From NCBI GenBank assembly GCA_944392105.1, contig CALXVM010000002.1, positions 9,026 to 73,025 of the forward strand: a stretch of DNA of 64,000 nucleotides, read 5' to 3'. Below, piece by piece: positions 41,826-51,679 of this stretch; position 1 is the first letter of the stretch, and every line of letters begins with the position of its first letter. Below the pieces are notes generated by a model. It did no database searches. It saw nothing but the letters and a program-made list of their open reading frames with translations, and was not told the origin of the DNA. Made by a program: the position numbers and the translations under genes. Source of the stretch: an uncultured Clostridia bacterium. Its GTDB lineage: Bacteria; Bacillota; Clostridia; TANB77; CAG-508.

Positions 41826-41930
41826 TTATTATTTATTATTTATTATTTTATTATTTATTATTTATTATTTATTATTTATTATTTTATTTATTTATTATTT
41901 TATTTATTTTATTTTTTTATTTATATAACA
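41826..41930. repeat. A/T microsatellite tract dominated by TTATTTA heptamers, between M6 and tRNA-Ser
   Basis: TTATTTATTATTTATTATTTTATTATTTATTATTTATTATTTATTATTTATT... Confidence 0.7.
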
Positions 41931-41977
41931 TAAAAGAAAGATATAATGTGTTTAAAACATTATATCTTTCTTTTTTA

Positions 41978-42069
41978 TGGCGGAGATTGAGGGATTTGAA
42001 CCCTCGCGGCCCTATACGAACCCTAACAGTTTAGCAAACTGTCCCCTTCAACCACTTGGGTAAATCTCC
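41978..42069 (-). tRNA. tRNA-Ser (anticodon GCT)
   Basis: Reverse complement GGAGATTTACCCAAGTGGTTGAAGGG...CAGTTTGCTAAACTG..., long variable arm, GGTTCAAATCC, CCA. Confidence 0.9.
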
Positions 42070-42107
42070 AAATTATTAGAAGTTCATAAATATTTTATAT
42101 AAAAAAA

Positions 42108-42199
<92 letters not shown>

Positions 42200-42229
42200 A
42201 TGTGTTTATTAATTATAATGACAATATAT

Positions 42230-42259
42230 ATATTATCATATTATTCATTAATATGTCAA
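42230..42259 (-). promoter_or_regulatory. candidate sigma-A promoter for the tRNA-Ser pair
   Basis: Minus strand TTGACA (42259..42254), 18-nt spacer, TAATAT (42235..42230). Confidence 0.4.
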
Positions 42260-42426
42260 TATTTTTTAACCATTTTATACATATTATATTTTACTTTTTT
42301 TATTAATCTTCATATTTTTTGTTATCTATTTTTTTAATTATATATTTTATAGATAAAAAATAAAAAGCTCCAGATTCAATTTTGAGCCTTTTATTTTTAT
42401 TAATTATATAATTTCATTACTTATGC

Positions 42427-42933
42427 TTATTTTGAGTTTACAGCCTTTTCTATGGCTTCCTTTTCTTCATCTGATAATACATATTCTGATTTTCCGTCTT
42501 TTACAGGTTTAGAATATATATTTGAATTGTCTCTTGAATAAATGCCATTTAAAACAACTCCATTATTATTATTATCTAATAATGCTAAAGTAAAACTTAA
42601 GTTACTTCCTACATCTTTAAAGGCATTATATCTTACAATACCTACTTTTCGTATACAAGTATCAACAGTTTTATCTAATCTTTCACAATATTGTATTATT
42701 TCCTTATTCAAATCTTCTACTTTTTGTACTCTTTCAATATAACTTTTTAAGCTTTCATCTATATCTTTACCATTGCCTAATTTTTTCATAAATTCGGAAT
42801 AATCATGTTTTATTCTATTTAGTTTTAAGTAATTAAATACTAATAAAATAATTGATAAGATGGATATTATAAATAGTATTATTAAAAATGTATCTGTCTT
42901 TAAAAACTCTACAATATTACTCATTGCCCTCAT
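42427..42933 (-). CDS. DUF4446-family protein
   Basis: N-terminal TM helix; 168 aa. Overlaps the parB stop, the usual position downstream of spo0J in Clostridia. Confidence 0.65.
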   Translation of the reverse strand: MRAMSNIVEFLKTDTFLIILFIISILSIILLVFNYLKLNRIKHDYSEFMKKLGNGKDIDESLKSYIERVQKVEDLNKEIIQYCERLDKTVDTCIRKVGIVRYNAFKDVGSNLSFTLALLDNNNNGVVLNGIYSRDNSNIYSKPVKDGKSEYVLSDEEKEAIEKAVNSK

Positions 42934-43789
42934 TCCTTATTAAATCTAATATTCTTTCCAACTCCTCATTAGATGTATATTTTATTATTATTTTACCGCT
43001 TTTTTGTTTTGCATCTAATTTTACTTTTGTTCCGAAAAAATTTTGGAATGTATCTTCTATATCTCTATATATTGCTTCATATTTTTTATTTTGTTTTTCT
43101 ATAACCTTTTTATTTTTTACTCTTTGCTCTATATCTCTTACAGAATCCCCTGTTTCGATTATTTTTAATGCCATTTTATATTGTTTGTCCGGATCTTCAT
43201 AATTTAAAAGCTGTCTACAATGTCCTTCAGAAATTTTGCCTTCTCTTGCTAAGTTTTGTACTCTTTCGTCTAAATTTAATATTCTCAAATTATTGGATAT
43301 TGTACTTCTACCAATTCCTACAGTCTCACTTAATTCCTGTTGAGTCATTCCATATTCATCTAATAATTGTCTAAATCCTAAAGCTTTATCTATAGGGTTT
43401 AAATCTTCTCTTTGAATATTTTCTATTAATGCTATTTCTTTATTCTTTCTTTCATTGCTTTCTCTTACTAAGCAAGGAATTTCCATAAGTCCTGCCTTTT
43501 TAGCAGCTCTCCATCTTCTTTCACCAGCTACAATTTGATAATAATTATCCATTTTTGTAACTATTATTGGTTGTATAACACCATATTTCTTTATAGAAGT
43601 TGCTAATTCTTCTATACTCTCAGAGTTAAAGGTTCTTCTAGGTTGGTCTCTATTAGGCTCTATATCTATTAGTTTTAAGTTTTGTACTATTTCCTCTCCA
43701 TTTTGTAATTTTATTTCTTCTTCCTTAGTTAATTGATTATCATTAAATAAGGCTTCTAGACCTTTTCCTAATCCTGTTTTTTTAACCAT
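42917..43789 (-). CDS. spo0J: chromosome partitioning protein ParB/Spo0J
   Basis: GERRWRAAKKAG ParB box plus an HTH. Confidence 0.9.
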   Translation of the reverse strand: MVKKTGLGKGLEALFNDNQLTKEEEIKLQNGEEIVQNLKLIDIEPNRDQPRRTFNSESIEELATSIKKYGVIQPIIVTKMDNYYQIVAGERRWRAAKKAGLMEIPCLVRESNERKNKEIALIENIQREDLNPIDKALGFRQLLDEYGMTQQELSETVGIGRSTISNNLRILNLDERVQNLAREGKISEGHCRQLLNYEDPDKQYKMALKIIETGDSVRDIEQRVKNKKVIEKQNKKYEAIYRDIEDTFQNFFGTKVKLDAKQKSGKIIIKYTSNEELERILDLIRNEGNE

Positions 43790-43806
43790 TTATATTATCT
43801 CCTTTT

Positions 43807-44598
43807 TTAAAAATGTTTTCCTTTTGAATTATTTGATGTTTCATTTTTCTTCAAAAATTCTTTTACAAATTTTTCATAACTTCTAGATCCTTTAGACCTT
43901 GGATCATATATAGTTATTGGCATACCATAGCTAGGTGCCTCACTTAATTTTACATTTCTTGGAATAACAGTTTTATAAACTCTATCTCCAAAGTAATTAT
44001 TTACTTCTTTTACTACTTGATTTGATAGGTTAGTCCTCATATCATACATTGTTAATAATGCTCCTTCAATCTCAAAGTCTTTATTTAAGTGTTTCTTTAC
44101 TAAATTTACAGTATTTAGAAGTTGACCTAATCCTTCAAGTGCATAATATTCACATTGTACAGGGATTAAAACACTATCAGATGCAGTAAAAGCATTTAAT
44201 GTTATTAACCCTAATGATGGTGGACAATCTATAATTATATAACTATAGTCATCTTTTATTTCATCTAATTTTTCCTTTAGTCTATACTCTCTAGACATCA
44301 TAGATACAAGCTCAACTTCAGCTCCTGCAAGGTTTATATTAGAAGGACATATATCTAAATTTTTTATTTGTGTCTTTTTGACAATTTCTCTTGCTTTTGC
44401 ATCATTTATTATTAAGTCGTATACAGATTCTTCTACATCTTTATCTACACCAAGTCCACTCGTAGCATTTCCTTGAGGATCTGCATCAACTAATAAGACT
44501 TTTTTTCCTTTTTTAGCAAGCCAAGTGCTCATATTAACTGAGGTTGTAGTCTTTCCTACTCCACCTTTTTGATTTGCTATTGATATTATTTTTCCCAA
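43807..44598 (-). CDS. soj: chromosome partitioning ATPase ParA/Soj
   Basis: Deviant Walker A KGGVGKTT. Confidence 0.9.
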   Translation of the reverse strand: MGKIISIANQKGGVGKTTTSVNMSTWLAKKGKKVLLVDADPQGNATSGLGVDKDVEESVYDLIINDAKAREIVKKTQIKNLDICPSNINLAGAEVELVSMMSREYRLKEKLDEIKDDYSYIIIDCPPSLGLITLNAFTASDSVLIPVQCEYYALEGLGQLLNTVNLVKKHLNKDFEIEGALLTMYDMRTNLSNQVVKEVNNYFGDRVYKTVIPRNVKLSEAPSYGMPITIYDPRSKGSRSYEKFVKEFLKKNETSNNSKGKHF

Positions 44599-44704
44599 CG
44601 TTATTCCTCCATTCTTTTAACATATTAATAATATAAAAATTATATTAATATGTCAATGAAATTTTATAAAATAATTAAGATTTTTTTCAAAAAGAAAAAC
44701 CCAA

Positions 44705-45424
44705 TTAAATAATTGGGTTTTTACTTGGTATTCCAGCCTTTCTTGGATATTCTTTAGAAATATTTTTCACTTTTTTTATTATAATATTGTGTCTTTTTAT
44801 ATCAGTATTTGGTAGATTAATTTCTTCTACTTTTTCTATTTTTCCACCTAATATATCAATTGCTTTTTTAGCCTCTTCTAACTCTTCAATATTTGAACCT
44901 TTCATACATATACAATATCCTCCAACTTTTACAAAAGGCATCATATATTCTAGTAAAATATTTAATCTAGCAACAGCTCTTGAAACAACTATATCATAAT
45001 TCTCTCTATATTTTACTATTCTAGCTAAGTCTTCAGCTCTTGAATGTATAGCATTTATATCATTTAATTCTAATTTTGTTATTACTTCATTTAAAAATGT
45101 TATTCTTTTATTTAATGAATCTACTAAGTCTATATGTATATTATTATTAATTATTTTAAGAGGTATTCCTGGAAAGCCAGCTCCTGTACCAATATCCATT
45201 ACATTTTTACCTTCTTGCAAATATTTAGATATAATTAAGCTATCTATAAAATGTTTAGTTATTATTTCATTTGCTTCAGTAATTGCTGTTAAATTTATCT
45301 TTTTATTCCATTCTACTAATAAATTCATATATGTGTAAAATTGTTTTACTTGAACATCAGATATATCAATAGATAAATTCTTTAATTCTTCTTTTAATAA
45401 ATTTTTAAATTGTTCGAAATCCAT
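44705..45424 (-). CDS. rsmG: 16S rRNA (guanine527-N7)-methyltransferase
   Basis: DIGTGAGFPGIPLKI SAM motif; downstream of mnmG. Confidence 0.9.
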   Translation of the reverse strand: MDFEQFKNLLKEELKNLSIDISDVQVKQFYTYMNLLVEWNKKINLTAITEANEIITKHFIDSLIISKYLQEGKNVMDIGTGAGFPGIPLKIINNNIHIDLVDSLNKRITFLNEVITKLELNDINAIHSRAEDLARIVKYRENYDIVVSRAVARLNILLEYMMPFVKVGGYCICMKGSNIEELEEAKKAIDILGGKIEKVEEINLPNTDIKRHNIIIKKVKNISKEYPRKAGIPSKNPII

Positions 45425-45426
45425 AA

Positions 45427-47313
45427 TTATTCTTCCTTTTTTCCTGTTTTTTGTTCTAAATATATGAGTAAAACTGATATATCAGCTGGTGAAACTCCTG
45501 ATATTCTTGATGCTTGGCCTATAGATGATGGCTTTATTTTATTCAACTTTTGTCTTGCTTCTAATCTTAATCCATCTATTTTACTATAATCTATATCCTC
45601 TTTTAATAGTTTTCTTTCTAATTTTTCAAATTTTTTTACTTGATCTTCTTGTAATCTTATATATCCTTCATATTTTATTTGAATTTGTACTTCATTTCCT
45701 ATACTATCGTCTATTTCTGGTCTGTTTTCATCTATTTCTTTTAAATTTTCGTAAGTTAACTCTGTTCTTTTTAATAAATCTGCCAATTTTACGCCTGTAG
45801 TGATAGGTGTTGAATTATGATTTTCTAAAAACTCATTTACTTTTTCAGATGGTTTTACTACTGTTTTTCTTAGTCTTTCTTTTTCTTGCTCTATTTTACT
45901 CTTTTTTTCTAAGAATTTTTGATATCTTTCTTCAGAAATTAATCCTACCTCATGCCCTATATCTGTAAGTCTTAAATCTGCATTGTCTTGTCTCAATAAT
46001 AGCCTATATTCAGCTCTCGAGGTCATCATTCTATATGGTTCATTTGTTCCTTTAGTTACTATATCATCTATTAGTACTCCTATATATGCTTGTGATCTAT
46101 CTAATATAATTGGAGTTTTATTTTGTAATTTGCGACCTGCATTAATTCCAGCAATAATACCTTGTGCAGCGGCTTCTTCATATCCTGATGTCCCATTAAT
46201 TTGTCCTGCAAAAAACATTCCACTTATTGTCTTATGTTCTAATGATAACTTTAATTCTTGAGGATCTATGCAGTCATATTCTATAGCATATGCAGGTCTA
46301 GTAAATTCAACGTTTTCTAGTCCTGGAATTGTTCTATACATAGCAATTTGTACATCTTCTGGAAGAGAAGAGCTCATCCCTTGGACATACATTTCGTCAG
46401 TATCTACTCCCATTGGTTCTATAAAAATCTGATGTCTTTCTTTATCTGCAAATCTAACAACTTTATCTTCTATAGAAGGGCAATATCTTGGTCCTGTACC
46501 TGTAATCTCACCAGAATATAATGGAGACCTATTTAAATTTGCTCTTATTATATCATGTGTTTTTTGGTTAGTATATGTTAAAAAGCATGGTAATTGTTCT
46601 TTTTCTTTGTCTATTTTGTCATCAAAAGAAAAAGCTTCTGGATTTTTATCCCCTTCTTGTATCTCCATTTTAGAAAAATCAATAGAATTTTTGTTAACTC
46701 TTGCAGGAGTTCCTGTCTTAAATCTTAATATGGTTATTCCTATCTTTTTTAAAGTATCTGAAAGTTTTATTGATGGAAAAACTCCATCTGGTCCGCTTTC
46801 AAATGAAGTCTCTCCTATATAAATTTTTCCCTTTAAATATGTTCCTGTAGCTAAAATTATACATTTAACATTATAAATAGCACCAACATTTGTCTCTAAC
46901 CATTTAACTTCATTGTTTTCTACACCTATATCCACAATTTCAGCTTGCTTTAAGTATAAATTTTTTTGTTTTTCTAAAGTATGTTTCATTTCCATCTGAT
47001 ATCTTTTCCTGTCTGCTTGGGCACGCAAAGAGTACACAGCAGGACCTTTAGATGTATTTAACATCCTCAACTGTGTATAAGTTTTGTCTATATTTTTTCC
47101 CATTTCTCCCCCCAGACAATCTATTTCTCTTACTAGATGTCCTTTAGAACTGCCACCAATATGTGGATTACATGGCATATTAGCTACTGCTTCCAAACTA
47201 ATTGAAAACAATAAAGTTTTATATCCCATCCTTGCTGTTGCTAAGGCTGCTTCGCATCCTGCATGTCCTGCTCCAATTACTGCTACATCAAAATCTCCAG
47301 CTTGATACTTCAT
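45427..47313 (-). CDS. mnmG: tRNA uridine 5-carboxymethylaminomethyl modification enzyme
   Basis: [18 protein letters not shown] motif; 628 aa. Confidence 0.95.
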   Translation of the reverse strand: MKYQAGDFDVAVIGAGHAGCEAALATARMGYKTLLFSISLEAVANMPCNPHIGGSSKGHLVREIDCLGGEMGKNIDKTYTQLRMLNTSKGPAVYSLRAQADRKRYQMEMKHTLEKQKNLYLKQAEIVDIGVENNEVKWLETNVGAIYNVKCIILATGTYLKGKIYIGETSFESGPDGVFPSIKLSDTLKKIGITILRFKTGTPARVNKNSIDFSKMEIQEGDKNPEAFSFDDKIDKEKEQLPCFLTYTNQKTHDIIRANLNRSPLYSGEITGTGPRYCPSIEDKVVRFADKERHQIFIEPMGVDTDEMYVQGMSSSLPEDVQIAMYRTIPGLENVEFTRPAYAIEYDCIDPQELKLSLEHKTISGMFFAGQINGTSGYEEAAAQGIIAGINAGRKLQNKTPIILDRSQAYIGVLIDDIVTKGTNEPYRMMTSRAEYRLLLRQDNADLRLTDIGHEVGLISEERYQKFLEKKSKIEQEKERLRKTVVKPSEKVNEFLENHNSTPITTGVKLADLLKRTELTYENLKEIDENRPEIDDSIGNEVQIQIKYEGYIRLQEDQVKKFEKLERKLLKEDIDYSKIDGLRLEARQKLNKIKPSSIGQASRISGVSPADISVLLIYLEQKTGKKEE

Positions 47314-47365
47314 TTTTTACTACAACTCCTCTATTATTTTTAAACGCATTAAAAGAATATCAAAA

Positions 47366-47438
47366 TTGCGTTCGCATTTTTTCCGCTAATGCGTTCGCAT
47401 TTTCACATTTTATCCACATGTTTTCTCAATGTTTCACG
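47366..47438. promoter_or_regulatory. repeated GC-rich palindromic sites plus a consensus DnaA box in the mnmE-mnmG gap
   Basis: TTGCGTTCGCATTTT (47366..47380) and AATGCGTTCGCATT (47388..47401, a 6+2+6 palindrome). TTATCCACA at 47410..47418. TGTTTCACG at 47430..47438. Confidence 0.45.
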
Positions 47439-47503
47439 TTTAATCTTCGATTATCTCGTTTTTTCTCCGTTTTCCTATGCTAGTTAACATAATATAGAGA
47501 ACA

Positions 47504-48889
47504 TTATTTTCCCAAACAAAATTTAGAAAATATTTCATTAATTATATCTTCTGAAACATTATCTCCTGTTATTTCTCCTAAATCTTCTAATGTTTGCTTT
47601 ATGTATATAGCTAAAATGTCCTCTGTTTGTCTTTCTTTTGCTACGTTTATTGCTTCTTTTATACTTTTAACAGCTTTATCTATCTGGTTTTTGTGTCTTA
47701 CATTTGTTATTACAGTTTCATTTGTTGCCTCTATTTTATTTATATTAAACATTTTTATAATTTCATTATATAAATCTTCTATTCCCTCTTTTGTTACAGC
47801 TGATATTTTTACAACTGGTTTATTAACTTTTAATATTTCTTCTCTATTTTCAGCTTTTTTATCTTCCTTATCTATTTTATTTAGTACAATAATTGCATTT
47901 TTATTTTTAATTATATCTAATATTTTTATATCTTCATTATCTAACTCTTTAGAATTATCTATTATTGCAATTACCAGATCTGCATCTTCTGCTATCTTTA
48001 GAGCCTTTTCTACTCCTATTTTTTCAATAACATTATCCGTATCTCTTATTCCTGCCGTATCTATTATTTTTAGAGGAATATCCTTTATAGTAATAAATTC
48101 CTCAATAGTGTCTCTTGTTGTGCCTGCATATTCGCTTACAATGGCTCTATCTTCCTTTAATATAGCATTTAAAAGAGATGATTTACCTGCATTTGGTTGC
48201 CCTATAATTGCTGTTTTTATTCCTTCTCTTATTAACTTTCCTGTATGGAAACTTTCTTCCAACTTTATTAAGTCTTCTCTTACTTCATTTAAAACTCTTA
48301 TTGTTTTTTCTTCTGTTAATTCTTCTATATCATATTCGGGATAGTCTATTGAAGCTTCTATATCTGCCATAATATCTAGAATTTTAAATTTTATAGAATT
48401 AATCTTTCTTGATAGCTCTCCCTGTAACTGATTTAAAGACTCATGGGCTTCTCTATCACTTTTAGCATTAATAAGTTCTATTACAGATTCAGCTTGTGAT
48501 AAGTCTATTCTTCCATTTAAGAATGCTCTCTTTGTAAATTCCCCAGGTTCTGCAAGCTCTGCTCCATTTTTTAAACATTGTTCTAAAATTTTTCTTTCTA
48601 CTACTATACCACCATGTGAATTAATTTCGCACATATTCTCTCTTGTATAGCTTTTAGGATTTTTAAAAAATGATACTAATACTTCATCTATTTTCTCTTT
48701 TGTTTCTGCATTTACAATATATCCATATTTAATTGTATAGCCTTTAATGTTATTCCAGTCTAATTCTTGTGGTGTAACAAATATCTTTTTTAGAATTTCA
48801 AAACATTTTTCTCCACTCATTCTAATAATTCCAATTCCACCACTTCCTGTTGCTGTAGATATTGCAGCTATTGTTTCCACTTTTTTCAC
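47504..48889 (-). CDS. mnmE: tRNA modification GTPase
   Basis: GQPNAGKSSLLNA G1 motif and the C-terminal FCLGK. Confidence 0.95.
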   Translation of the reverse strand: MKKVETIAAISTATGSGGIGIIRMSGEKCFEILKKIFVTPQELDWNNIKGYTIKYGYIVNAETKEKIDEVLVSFFKNPKSYTRENMCEINSHGGIVVERKILEQCLKNGAELAEPGEFTKRAFLNGRIDLSQAESVIELINAKSDREAHESLNQLQGELSRKINSIKFKILDIMADIEASIDYPEYDIEELTEEKTIRVLNEVREDLIKLEESFHTGKLIREGIKTAIIGQPNAGKSSLLNAILKEDRAIVSEYAGTTRDTIEEFITIKDIPLKIIDTAGIRDTDNVIEKIGVEKALKIAEDADLVIAIIDNSKELDNEDIKILDIIKNKNAIIVLNKIDKEDKKAENREEILKVNKPVVKISAVTKEGIEDLYNEIIKMFNINKIEATNETVITNVRHKNQIDKAVKSIKEAINVAKERQTEDILAIYIKQTLEDLGEITGDNVSEDIINEIFSKFCLGK

Positions 48890-48904
48890 CTCTATTAGTA
48901 TATT

Positions 48905-48965
48905 TTAAATAAAAGAAGTCAAGGTTAGAGTATAGTTTATAAACTAAAATCTGAACTTTGACTTC
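48905..48965 (-). terminator. rho-independent terminator after jag
   Basis: GAAGTCAAGGTT (48915..48926) pairs with AACTTTGACTTC (48954..48965); a T-run follows on the minus strand. Confidence 0.55.
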
Positions 48966-49130
48966 CGATTCTTCTATATTTAATTACTACATTTAAATTA
49001 CATTTATTACTACATTTTTTGCTACGTTTTAAGTTCGTATATATTATACTATATATTTTTTCATTTTTCTACACTTTTTTACAAATTTTTTAATTTTTTT
49101 ATCAAAAAGTTAAAATTAACTAAATATATA

Positions 49131-49796
49131 CTATTTTTTTCTTATTATAACCCTTCTATAAGGCTCCTCTCCAACACTGTTTGTTACAACTTCTTCGCTA
49201 TCTTGCAATGCTGTATGAATTATTTTCCTTTCATATGCATTCATTGGTTCTAACTTAAATGGTTTTCCATTTCTTATAACTGTTTTCTCTACTTTCTTAG
49301 CTAATATTTCTAATGATTTTTTTCTTTTTTCCTTATAATCTAATATATCTAATATAATTCTTACTCTTTCCTTTGTATCTTTATTGGCTATAGCAGATAT
49401 TATATTTTGAAATGCTTCTAAAGTCTCTCCCCTATAACCTATTAATTCAGAAGCTTTCTCTCCTGTTACTTCTACATAAATAGTGTCCTCTTTTATTTCT
49501 GTATTGTATTGTACATTTTCTAAATTATTAATAAAATTATTTAAAAAATTTTTAGTAGTATTTAAAGCTTTTTCTAAATCTTTTTCATCTATTTTTACTT
49601 CTCTATGTTCTTTTTTTCCACCTTTTAATGTTAACTCAACTTTTACAACTCTTGGAGCAAGAATATCAAAGAAACTCTTTTTTTCTTCTTCTAAAACTTT
49701 TACATCAACATCTTTTTTTGTAACTCCTAATTTTTTTAATCCATTTTCAATAGCTTCGTTTGTTGTTTTTCCTTCAGAAATAATACTATTTTGCAT
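49131..49796 (-). CDS. jag: Jag/KhpB RNA-binding protein (KH + R3H)
   Basis: The R3H motif ERKIIHTALQD; downstream of yidC. Confidence 0.85.
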   Translation of the reverse strand: MQNSIISEGKTTNEAIENGLKKLGVTKKDVDVKVLEEEKKSFFDILAPRVVKVELTLKGGKKEHREVKIDEKDLEKALNTTKNFLNNFINNLENVQYNTEIKEDTIYVEVTGEKASELIGYRGETLEAFQNIISAIANKDTKERVRIILDILDYKEKRKKSLEILAKKVEKTVIRNGKPFKLEPMNAYERKIIHTALQDSEEVVTNSVGEEPYRRVIIRKK

Positions 49797-50661
49797 CAGA
49801 AACTGCCTCCTTCTTTTCTTTATAACTCATTACTTTATTAATAATTAATCTTTCTATAATCATTAAAACATTACTTACTAACCAATATAATGCAAGTCCT
49901 AAAGGTGCTATTATAGCAATCATTACAGCCATTATTGGCATCATATACATCATACTCTTGTTCATTTGTTCCATAGGATTTATTTCTTCTTCCTCTTGAA
50001 CTTTTCCGTCTTCTACAACAATTTCTTTTTTCTTATCTTTATTGGCTTGTTTCTTTTGCATACTTATCGTCATCCTTACGGAAATAACAGATGTAAGGAT
50101 ATACAATAAAGGAATAATATATACTCTCCAATCATTTAAACTTTGAGTTGGAACTTTACTTAAATCTATTCCTAAAAAATCCATATTTATCTGAACAGCT
50201 GAATCAGTTGCTCCTTTTTGTTCTATTATAGCGATTTCTGGATAAGCAGTTCTTGTTTCTGCATTTTGTGATATCTCTTGTTTATAATTATTTATAATTT
50301 CTGGATCTACCTTTTTCATATATGTAAGCGGTTGACTCACTAACCAGAACATAGATAAAATAATTATAAGCTGAATAATAGAACTAAAACAGCCACTAAA
50401 AGGACTCATTTTTTCTGTTTTATATAAGTTCATCATTTCTTGATTTAATTTTTCAGGATTATTTTTATATTTAACCTGCAAAATTTTCATTTGCTCTTGT
50501 AATTTTGCCGTTTTTTTCATTGTTGACTGTTGCTTTATTGTTATAGGTATTAAAATAATTCTTAATAATATAGATAAAATAATAATGGCTATACCATAAT
50601 TGTTAAAAAATTCGTAAAGCCAATTCAATACATAACCAAATAAACTCGAAATAGCGCCCAT
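49786..50661 (-). CDS. yidC: membrane protein insertase YidC/SpoIIIJ
   Basis: 60-kDa-IMP family TM pattern, in rnpA-yidD-yidC synteny. Confidence 0.9.
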   Translation of the reverse strand: MGAISSLFGYVLNWLYEFFNNYGIAIIILSILLRIILIPITIKQQSTMKKTAKLQEQMKILQVKYKNNPEKLNQEMMNLYKTEKMSPFSGCFSSIIQLIIILSMFWLVSQPLTYMKKVDPEIINNYKQEISQNAETRTAYPEIAIIEQKGATDSAVQINMDFLGIDLSKVPTQSLNDWRVYIIPLLYILTSVISVRMTISMQKKQANKDKKKEIVVEDGKVQEEEEINPMEQMNKSMMYMMPIMAVMIAIIAPLGLALYWLVSNVLMIIERLIINKVMSYKEKKEAVSDAK

Positions 50662-50674
50662 AAACTCTTCCTCT

Positions 50675-50893
50675 CTATTTTAATGGATCATATCCGCCTT
50701 TAGAAAACGGATTACATTTTAAAATTCTTTTTGTTCCAAGCATACATCCTTTAATTACTCCATACTTTTCTATTGCCTGTTTTGTATATTCTGAACATGT
50801 AGGATAATATTTACAATGTATGCCAAAAAAAGATAATATTGGTGAAATGAATTTTTTATAAAACTTAATTAATCCTAAAATTACTATTTTCAT
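50675..50893 (-). CDS. yidD: membrane protein insertion efficiency factor YidD
   Basis: 72 aa; C.Y.PTCSEY and NPF..GGYDP motifs. Confidence 0.85.
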   Translation of the reverse strand: MKIVILGLIKFYKKFISPILSFFGIHCKYYPTCSEYTKQAIEKYGVIKGCMLGTKRILKCNPFSKGGYDPLK

Positions 50894-51237
50894 TATAAAA
50901 TACCTATCTTCTTAAATATAGATTTCATATCGTTCCCTATCTTAAAAAAATCTGCTTCATGAAAATCTGCTTTTTTATTCCACAAAAATACAATATTATA
51001 GCCTTGTTTAAGGTTATTTTTTATTAACCTGTAATTTTCTCTTATTAATCTTTTTAATCTATTTCTCTTTACTGCTTTACACAATTTTGTACTTATAGCT
51101 ATTCCTATTCTATTTTCGTTTATCTTATTTTTAGATACATATATAATAATTTGCTTACCTAAATAAAATTTTCCTTTATTTAAAACATTTTTAAATTCGT
51201 AATTTTTTTTTAAAGTTTTTATTTTCCTCATATTCAC
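50893..51237 (-). CDS. rnpA: ribonuclease P protein component
   Basis: 114 aa, basic, [13 protein letters not shown] motif; downstream of rpmH. Confidence 0.9.
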   Translation of the reverse strand: MNMRKIKTLKKNYEFKNVLNKGKFYLGKQIIIYVSKNKINENRIGIAISTKLCKAVKRNRLKRLIRENYRLIKNNLKQGYNIVFLWNKKADFHEADFFKIGNDMKSIFKKIGIL

Positions 51238-51254
51238 ATCACTTAATAATTATC

Positions 51255-51283
51255 TTAAAAAAGTCCACTAAAATTGTGGACTT
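51255..51283 (-). terminator. hairpin with T-run between rpmH and rnpA
   Basis: AAGTCCAC / GTGGACTT stem followed by TTTTTT on the minus strand. Confidence 0.5.
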
Positions 51284-51287
51284 AACA

Positions 51288-51422
51288 TTATGCGCTTAAT
51301 TTTTTTCTTCCTTTAGCACGTCTAGCTTTTAAAATATTTCTACCTGATCTAGTTTTCATTCTCTTCATAAAACCATGTTCTTTTTGTTCTTGTCTCTTTT
51401 TTGGTTGATATGTTCTTTTCAT
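51288..51422 (-). CDS. rpmH: 50S ribosomal protein L34
   Basis: Hand translation gives [44 protein letters not shown]. It is below the ORF-track size cutoff. AGGAGG RBS present. Confidence 0.9.
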   Translation of the reverse strand: MKRTYQPKKRQEQKEHGFMKRMKTRSGRNILKARRAKGRKKLSA

Positions 51423-51485
51423 TTTGCACCTCCTAAAACTTTATATAAACCGCAAACGGATTATTCCTATTTTTTCATACTGAGT

Positions 51486-51515
51486 ATTATACACCGGAAA
51501 TTACTAATATGTCAA
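51486..51515 (-). promoter_or_regulatory. rpmH promoter
   Basis: Minus strand TTGACA (51515..51510), 18-nt spacer, TATAAT (51491..51486). Confidence 0.6.
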
Positions 51516-51552
51516 GTATTATAAATAATTTTAAGATTTTTTTTCTTTTTTA

Positions 51553-51582
51553 TTGACTATACTGTTCAATTTTTGATATGAT
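51553..51582 (+). promoter_or_regulatory. dnaA promoter candidate
   Basis: TTGACT (51553..51558), 18-nt spacer ending in TGa, then TATGAT (51577..51582). Confidence 0.5.
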
Positions 51583-51608
51583 ATACATTGTTATAATTAT
51601 CAACATAA

Positions 51609-51629
51609 TGTGGATAATTATGTGTATAA
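51609..51629. promoter_or_regulatory. DnaA boxes upstream of dnaA
   Basis: TGTGGATAA (51609..51617, a perfect reverse box) and TGTGTATAA (51621..51629, TTATACACA). Confidence 0.7.
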
Positions 51630-51679
51630 CTTTTATGTAATTCTATATTACCATCACATTTTGGAAGGACTGAATCGTA

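Larger units (their letters stand above)
35792..41977. repeat. 6.2-kb ORF-free array of six four-motif modules alternating with near-pure A/T spacers
   Basis: The only ORF of 60 aa or more is one composition artefact. Motifs TTTTGACAA, TCCGTTTA, TTTTGACAA and TTATGTATACT recur in fixed order and spacing. Unit period is about 940-980 nt. Confidence 0.85.

Noticed and set aside
35792-41977. The repeat array might be a CRISPR locus.
   Set aside because: The conserved elements are only 8-11 nt. They come in four different kinds and are spaced 150, 160, 50-90 and several hundred nt apart. One copy is inverted. No cas genes are present.
47430-47445. A parS site (TGTTTCACGTTTAATC).
   Set aside because: It matches only about 12 of 16 positions of TGTTNCACGTGAAACA, and the right half-site is lost. 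I found no full parS by eye in this window.
47601-48344. 247-aa ORF antisense to mnmE, plus similar long antisense ORFs (12485..12931, 53525..53953, 7130..7465, 22963..23289, 33039..33401, 59576..59959 and others).
   Set aside because: All lie entirely within well-supported genes on the opposite strand. They encode low-complexity F/I/L/S-rich sequence and lack RBS motifs. They are a by-product of A-rich codon usage.
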